DNA of 64,000 nt from Eledone cirrhosa (taxonomy: Eukaryota). The stretch covers positions 48,732,001 through 48,796,000 of the forward strand of contig OZ024743.1 in assembly GCA_964016885.1 (NCBI GenBank), in the 5' to 3' direction. The notes beneath the pieces were generated by a model that was not told where the DNA came from, made no database searches, and saw only the letters and a list, made by a program, of their open reading frames with translations. Shown in pieces: positions 55,753 through 64,000 of the stretch. The number at the start of each line of letters is the position of its first letter. The first letter of the stretch is position 1. Made by a program: the position numbers and the translations under genes.

Positions 55753-55767
55753 GTGTTGACAACAATG
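55753..55767 (+). other. 15-nt micro-exon GTGTTGACAACAATG
   Basis: Long T-rich tract, tttctgtag| acceptor and ATG|GTAAGT donor. Confidence 0.6.
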
Positions 55768-55902
55768 GTAAGTTATGACCTAAACCATAACTATTTATGA
55801 AGTATAACTATATACAGTTTCAGTTTATCTGCCTAATGACACCATAGCAAGGTAATATTTCATCTCCATCAAATGTTTGACACCGTTCTCAATACATTTA
55901 TA

Positions 55903-56101
55903 CAAGGGTTGGCTGAATGGTTCATAGGCTGATTATGAAGGATTGATGCTAGAATTGGGAAATCTTGCATGCATTAATTTCAACTCTTCTTAGTAATAAC
56001 TGCATTTTTTTCTTTCCAGAGACTATGTTGAAAAATAAACCTCAATTGGTCATTCCATGAAAGTATCTTGGTCAGCCTATGAACTTTTCAGCCAACCCTT
56101 G
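55903..56101. mobile_element. Tc1/mariner-type MITE
   Basis: TA | CAAGGGTTGGCTGAA..GTTCATAGGCTGA ... TCAGCCTATGAAC..TTCAGCCAACCCTTG | TA: ~30-bp TIRs and TA target duplication. Confidence 0.85.
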
Positions 56102-57128
56102 TAGTTTATTTTAAAAAGTACATATTCAATATCAGTTGTTGATAGGAAATATTCTAGCTATGGAAGTATTAGTAAAAGATTTTGTAACATTGACCCTTAG
56201 TTTACCATATTTCCAATGAAAGATGCTCACAATTATTTTCACATAATTTGAAAATAATTAGGAATATACAAATATTTAGTAATATAACTAGCTTTCTCAT
56301 TATTTATCTAGCATTTGGAATATAACTTAATAAAACATCTTACATAAAATTATGATGGAAGGTTTTTAGATATATATAAACACTTAAGCTTCTTTGATAC
56401 CAACCCAGCCATCATCATCATAATCATCGTTTAGGATCTATTTTCCATGCTTCCATGGGTTAGTTGTCAAGTTGTGAGGGAAATCAGGTCAGGTGATCAT
56501 ATCTTGCTCATAAGGACCTTTTCTAGCATGGTTTCTATGACTGGATGCCCTTCCCAATGCCAATCACATTACATCATGGACTGGGTGCTTTATATCGTGG
56601 CACCAAAAAGACCATCTGACAGGGTGTACTGGGGACTTTTTGATTATGATACCAACACAACCACCTTCAGGGTGGACTGGATAATGTTTGTCATGGACAC
56701 AGTTCTATGAAACAAAACCACTCATTTTAAACGTAATTTTATATGTTAAGTTATTATCTTGGTAATGAAATAATTAATAATTTTAATAAATCCCTCAAAA
56801 TACATAGATTGTATTTCATTAGATATTCGGTTAAAATAAACAGAGGACTAGGGTTTCAGGTGGGCTGGTCTCGGAAGAATTAACATGTAACACTGTTAAA
56901 TATAAAAAGATATATGTTCAAGATTTGCTACATTACACTCCTTGAATCAACAAACAAGCTTCTACATCAGTGACAGCAAGCCCATGACATATGTCAGCAG
57001 TGATATTCTGCGACACACAGCAGGTCTTTAGGTGACTCAGAATGAACTCTGAAAATATCATGAAATTTTTTATTATAATATCTTGGATTATAAATATATT
57101 TTAGAATTTCAAGTTGCTTGAATTGGAA

Positions 57129-60100
57129 TGTGTTCAACATGGCATTGTCCCCCAACTAAGACATCAGTAGTTCTATGTGTTGTGTTCAACATGACATTGT
57201 CCCCCAATTAAGACAACAGTAGTTCTATGTGTTGTGTTCAACATGGCATTGTCCCCCAACTAAGACAGCAGTAGCTCTGTGTGTTGTGTTCAACATGGCA
57301 TTGTCCCCAACTAAGACAACAGTAGTTCTGTGTGTTGTGTTCAACATGGCATTGTCCCCAACTAAGACAACAGTAGCTCTGTGTGTTGTGTTCAACGTGG
57401 CATTGTCCCCCAACTAAGACAACAGTAGCTCTGTATGTTGTGTTCAACATGGCATTGTCCCCAACTAAGACAACAGTAGTTCTGTGTGTTGTGTTGAACA
57501 TGGCATTGTCCCCCAACTAAGACAACAGTAGTTCTGTGTGTTGTGTTCAACATGGCATTGTCCCCCAACTAAGACAACAGTAGTTCTATGTGTTGTGTTC
57601 AACATGGCATTGTCCCCAACTAAGACAACAGTAGCTCTGTATGTTGTGTTCAACATGGCATTGTCCCCAACTAAGACAACAGTAGCTCTGTGTGTTGTGT
57701 TCAACGTGGCATTGTCCCCCAACTAAGACAACAGTAGTTCTGTGTGTTGTGTTCAACATGGCATTGTCCCCAACTAAGACAACAGTAGCTCTGTGTGTTG
57801 TGTTCAACGTGGCATTGTCCCCCAACTAAGACAACAGTAGTTCTGTGTGTTGTGTTCAACATGGCATTGTCCCCAACTGAGACAACAGTAGCTCTGTGTG
57901 TTGTGTTCAACATGGCATTGTCCCCCAACTAAGACAACAGTAGCTCTGTATGTTGTGTTGAACATGGCATTGTCCCCAACTAAGACAACAGTAGTTCTGT
58001 GTGTTGTGTTCAACATGGCATTGTCCCCAACTAAGACAACAGTAGCTCTGTGTGTTGTGTTCAACGTGGCATTGTCCCCCAACTAAGACAACAGTAGCTC
58101 TGTGTGTTGTGTTCAACATGGCATTGTCCCGCAACTAAGACAACAGTAGCTCTGTGTGTTGTGTTCAACATGGCATTGTCCCCCAACTAAGACAACAGTA
58201 GCTCTGTGTGTTGTGTTCAACATGGCATTGTCCCACAACTAAGACAACAGTAGCTCTGTGTGTTGTGTTCAACATGGCATTGTCCCACAACTAAGACAAC
58301 AGTAGCTCTCTGTGTTGTGTTCAACATGGCATTGTCCCCAACTAAAACAACAGTAGCTCTGTGTGTTGTGTTCAACATGGCATTGTCCCCCAACTAAGAC
58401 AACAGTAGTTCTGTGTGTTGTGTTCAACATGGCATTGTCCCCCAACTAAGACAACAGTAGTTCTGTGTGTTGTGTTCAACATGGCATTGTCCCCCAACTA
58501 AGACAACAGTAGTTCTATGTGTTGTGTTCAACATGGCATTGTCCCCAACTAAGACAACAGTAGCTCTGTATGTTGTGTTCAACATGGCATTGTCCCCAAC
58601 TAAGACAACAGTAGTTCTGTGTGTTGTGTTCAACGTGGCATTGTCCCCCAACTAAGACAACAGTAGTTCTGTGTGTTGTGTTCAACATGGCATTGTCCCC
58701 AACTAAGACAACAGTAGCTCTGTGTGTTGTGTTCAACATGGCATTGTCCCCCAACTAAGACAACAGTAGCTCTGTATGTTGTGTTGAACATGGCATTGTC
58801 CCCAACTAAGACAACAGTAGTTCTGTGTGTTGTGTTCAACATGGCATTGTCCCCAACTAAGACAACAGTAGCTCTGTGTGTTGTGTTCAACGTGGCATTG
58901 TCCCCCAACTAAGACAACAGTAGCTCTGTGTGTTGTGTTCAACATGGCATTGTCCCCCAACTAAGACAACAGTAGCTCTGTGTGTTGTGTTCAACATGGC
59001 ATTGTCCCGCAACTAAGACAACAGTAGCTCTGTGTGTTGTGTTCAACATGGCATTGTCCCCCAACTAAGACAACAGTAGCTCTGTGTGTTGTGTTCAACA
59101 TGGCATTGTCCCACAACTAAGACAACAGTAGCTCTGTGTGTTGTGTTCAACATGGCATTGTCCCACAACTAAGACAACAGTAGCTCTGTGTGTTGTGTTC
59201 AACATGGCATTGTCCCCAACTAAAACAACAGTAGCTCTGTGTGTTGTGTTCAACATGGCATTGTCCCCCACCTAAGACAACAGTAGTTCTGTGTGTTGTG
59301 TTCAACATGGCATTGTCCCCCAACTAAGACAACAGTAGCTCTGTGTGTTGTGTTCAACATGGCATTGTCCCCCAACTAAGACAACAGTAGTTCTGTGTGT
59401 TGTGTTAAACATGGCATTGTCCCCCAACTAAGACAACAGTAGTTCTGTGTGTTGTGTTCAACATGGCATTGTCCCCCAACTAAGACAACAGTAGTTCTGT
59501 GTGTTGTGTTCAACATGGCATTGTCCCCCAACTAAGACAACAGTAGTTCTATGTGTTGTGTTCAACATGGCATAGTCCCTCAACTAAGACAACAGTAGCT
59601 CTGTGTATTGTGTTCAACATGGCATTGTCCCCCAACTAAGACAACAGTAGTTCTATGTGTTATGTTCAACATGGCATTGTCCCCAACTAAGACAACAGTA
59701 GTTCTATGTGTTGTGTTCAACATGGCATTGTCCCACAACTAAGACAACAGTAGTTCTATGTGTTGTGTTCAACATGGCATTGTCCCCAACTAAGACAACA
59801 GTAGTTCTATGTGTTGTGTTCAACATGGCATTGTCCCCCAACTAAGACAACAGTAGTTCTGTGTGTTGTGTTCAACATGGCATTGTCCCCCAACTAAGAC
59901 AACAGTAGCTCTGTGTGTTGTGTTCAACATGGCATTGTCCCCAACTAAGACAACAGTAGCTCTGTGTGTTGTGTTCAACATGGCATTGTCCCCCAACTAA
60001 GACAGCAGTAGCTCTGTGTGTTGTGTTGAACATGGCATTGTCCCCAACTAAGACAACAGTAGCTCTGTGTGTTGTGTTGAACATGGCATTGTCCCCCAAC

Positions 60101-63100
60101 TAAGACAACAGTAGTTCTATGTGTTGTGTTCAACATGGCATTGTCCCCCAACTCAGACAACAGTAGCTCTGTGTCTTGTGTTCAACATGGCATTGTCCCC
60201 CAACTAAGACAACAGTAGTTCTGTGTGTTGTGTTCAACATGGCATTGTCCCCCAACTAAGACAACAGTAGCTCTGTGTGTTGTGTTCAACATGGCATTGT
60301 CCCCCAACTAAGACAACAGTAGTTCTGTGTGTTGTGTTAAACATGGCATTGTCCCCCAACTAAGACAACAGTAGTTCTGTGTGTTGTGTTCAACATGGCA
60401 TTGTCCCCCAACTAAGACAACAGTAGTTCTGTGTGTTGTGTTCAACATGGCATTGTCCCCCAACTAAGACAACAGTAGTTCTGTGTGTTGTGTTCAACAT
60501 GGCATTGTCCCCCAACTAAGACAACAGTAGCTCTGTGTGTTGTGTTCAACATGGCATTGTCCCCAACTAAGACAACAGTAGCTCTGTGTGTTGTGTTCAA
60601 CATGGCATTGTCCCCCAACTAAGACAGCAGTAGCTCTGTGTGTTGTGTTGAACATGGCATTGTCCCCAACTAAGACAACAGTAGCTCTGTGTGTTGTGTT
60701 GAACATGGCATTGTCCCCCAACTAAGACAACAGTAGTTCTATGTGTTGTGTTCAACATGGCATTGTTCCCCAACTCAGACAACAGTAGCTCTGTGTCTTG
60801 TGTTCAACATGGCATTGTCCCCCAACTAAGACAACAGTAGTTCTGTGTTGTGTTCAACATGGCATAGTCCCCCAACTAAGACAACAGTAGCTCTGTGTAT
60901 TGTGTTCAACATGGCATTGTCCCCCAACTAAGACAACAGTAGCTCTGTGTGTTGTGTTCAACATGGCATAGTCCCCCAACTAAGACAACAGTAGCTCCGT
61001 GTGTTGTGTTCAACATGGCATTGTCCCCCAACTAAGACAACAGTAGTTCTGTGTGTTGTGTTCAACATGGCATTGTCCCCAACTAAGACAACAGTAGTTC
61101 TGTGTGTTGTGTTGAACATGGCATTGTCCCCCAACTAAGACAACAGTAGTTCTATGTGTTGTGTTCAACATGGCATTGTCCCCAACTAAGACGACAGTAG
61201 CTCCGTATGTTGTGTTCAACATGGCATTGTCCCCAACTAAGACAACAGTAGCTCTGTGTGTTGTGTTCAACATGGCATTGTCCCCCAACTAAGACAACAG
61301 TAGCTCTGTGTGTTGTGTTCAACGTGGCATTGTCCCCCAACTAAGACAACAGTAGTTCTGTGTGTTGTGTTCAACATGGCATTGTCCCCCAACTAAGACA
61401 ACAGTAGCTCTGTGTGTTGTGTTCAACATGGCATTGTCCCCCAACTAAGACAACAGTAGCTCTGTGTGTTGTGTTCAACATGGCATTGTCCCACAACTAA
61501 GACAACAGTAGCTCTGTGTGTTGTGTTCAACATGGCATTGTCCCCCAACTAAGACAACAGTAGCTCTGTGTGTTGTGTTCAACATGGCATTGTCCCCCAA
61601 CTAAAACAACAGTAGCTCTGTGTGTTGTGTTCAACATGGCATTGTCCCCCAACTAAGACAACAGTAGTTCTGTGTGTTGTGTTCAACATGGCATTGTCCC
61701 CCAACTAAGACAACAGTAGTTCTGTGTGTTGTGTTCAACATGGCATTGTCCCCCAACTAAGACAACAGTAGCTCTGTGTGTTGTGTTCAACATGGCATTG
61801 TCCCCAACTAAGACAACAGTAGCTCTGTGTGTTGTGTTCAACATGGCATAGTCCCCCAACTAAGACAACAGTAGCTCTGTGTGTTGTGTTGAACATGGCA
61901 TTGTCCCCAACTAAGACAACAGTAGCTCTGTGTGTTGTGTTGAACATGGCATTGTCCCCCAACTAAGACAACAGTAGTTCTATGTGTTGTGTTCAACATT
62001 GCATTGTCCCCCAACTCAGACAACAGTAGCTCTGTGTCTTGTGTTCAACATGGCATTGTCCCCCAACTAAGACAACAGTAGTTCTATGTGTTGTGTTCAA
62101 CATGGCATAGTCCCCCAACTAAGACAACAGTAGCTCTGTGTATTGTGTTCAACATGGCATTGTCGCCCAACTAAGACAACAGTAGCTCTGTGTGTTGTGT
62201 TCAACATGGCATAGTCCCCCAACTAAGACAACAGTAGCTCTGTGTGTTGTGTTCAACATGCCATTGTCCCCCAACTAAGACAACAGTAGCTCTGTGTGTT
62301 GTGTTCAACATGGCATTGTCCCACAACTAAGACAACAGTAGCTCTGTGTGTTGTGTTCAACATGGCATTGTCCCCCAACTAAGACAACAGTAGCTCTGTG
62401 TGTTGTGTTCAACATGGCATTGTCCCCCAACTAAGACAACAGTAGTTCTGTGTGTTGTGTTCAACATGGCATTGTCCCCCAACTAAGACAACAGTAGCTC
62501 TGTGTGTTGTGTTCAACATGGCATTGTCCGCCAACTAAGACAAGAGTAGTTCTGTGTGTTGTGTTAAACATGGCATTGTCCCCCAACTAAGACAACAGTA
62601 GTTCTGTGTGTTGTGTTCAACATGGCATTGTCCCCCAACTAAGACAACAGTAGTTCTATGTGTTATGTTCAACATGGCATTGTCCCCAACTAAGACAACA
62701 GTAGTTCTATGTGTTGTGTTCAACATGGCATTGTCCCACAACTAAGACAACAGTAGTTCTATGTGTTGTGTTCAACATGGCATTGTCCCCCAACTAAGAC
62801 AACAGTAGCTCTGTGTGTTGTGTTCAACATGGCATTGTCCCCAACTAAGACAACAGTAGCTCTGTGTGTTGTGTTCAACATGGCATTGTCCCCCAACTAA
62901 GACAACAGTAGTTCTATGTGTTGTGTTCAACATGGCATTGTCCCACAACTAAGACAACAGTAGCTCTGTGTGTTGTGTTGAACATGGCATTGTCCCCCAA
63001 CTAAGACAACAGTAGTTCTGTGTGTTATGTTCAACATGGCATTGTATGCCAACTAAGACAACAGTAGCTCTGTGTGTTGCGTTCAACATGGCATTGTCCG

Positions 63101-64000
63101 CAACAAAGGCAAGAGTAGTGCTATGTGTTGTGTCCAACATGGCATTGTCCCACAACTAAGACAACAGTAGCTCTGTGTGTTGTGTTCAACATGGCATTGT
63201 CCCCCAACTAAGACAACAGTAGTTCTATGTGTTGTGTTCAACATGGCATTGTCCCACAACTAAGACAACAGTAGCTCTGTGTGTTGTGTTCAACATGGCA
63301 TTGTCCCCCAACTAAGACAACAGTAGTTCTATGTGTTGTGTTCAACATGGCATTGTCCCACAACTAAGACAACAGTAGCTCTGTGTGTTGTGTTCAACAT
63401 TGCATTGTCCCCCAACTAAGACAACAGTAGTTCTGTGTGTTGTGTTCAACATGGCATTGTCCCCAAACTAAGACAACAGTAGCTCTGTGTGTTGTGTTGA
63501 ACATGGCATTGTCCCCAACTAAGACAACAGTAGCTCTGTGTGTTGTGTTGAACATGGCATTGTTCCCCAACTAAGACAACAGTAGTTATATGTGTTGTGT
63601 TCAACATGGCATTGTCACCGAACTCAGACAACAGTAGCTCTGTGTCTTGTGTTCAACATGGCATTGTCCCCCAACTAAGACAACAGTAGTTCAATGTGTT
63701 GTGTTCAACATGGCATTGTCCCCCAACTAAGACAACAGTAGCTCTGTGTGTTGTGTTCAACATGGCATTGTCCCCCAACTAAAACAACAGTAGCTCTGTG
63801 TGTTGAGTTCAACATGGCATTGTCGCCCAACTAAGACAACAGTAGTTCTGTGTGTTGTGTTCAACATGGCATTGTCCCCCAACTAAGACAACAGTAGTTC
63901 TGTGTGTTGTGTTAAACATGGCATTGTCCCCCAACTAAGACAACAGTAGTTCTGTGTGTTGTGTTCAACATGGCATTGTCCCCCAACTAAGACAACAGTA
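57129..64000. repeat. Tandem satellite, 51/52-bp monomer (~133 copies), running off the window end
   Basis: GTGTTGTGTTCAACATGGCATTGTCCCC(C)AACTAAGACAACAGTAG(C/T)TCTGT repeated with few substitutions. Confidence 0.98.

Noticed and set aside
57129-64000. CRISPR array or repetitive protein (GDNAMLNTTHRATVVLV ORFs)
   Set aside because: No unique spacers or cas genes; mixed 51/52-bp units shift the frame constantly.

Overview
AT-rich, repeat-dense animal genomic DNA. The SINE, LINE and microsatellite content suggests a cephalopod such as Octopus (inference). One host coding exon is clearly recognisable: the first coding exon of a PP2A B56/PPP2R5 (widerborst/epsilon-like) subunit, minus strand, 26734-26875. 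Positions 1-26733 are therefore largely its intron, which holds two candidate alternative phase-1 exons. A second, plus-strand gene is suggested by splice signals at 45243-45284 and a 15-nt exon at 55753-55767. The rest is transposon debris (piggyBac, Helitron, Tc1/mariner MITE, tRNA-derived SINEs, RTE, CR1, Tx1, CRE and Penelope-like retroelements) plus a ~6.9-kb 51/52-bp satellite with higher-order structure. The most striking signal lies between ~29 and 45 kb: a cluster of short, mostly fold-back elements in or beside (TA)n tracts, from several unrelated families, most carrying a type-I hammerhead ribozyme motif. They sit next to a Naiad-type Penelope GIY-YIG fragment whose own hammerhead has a greatly extended stem II. 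All calls were made by eye; no searches or folding programs were run.
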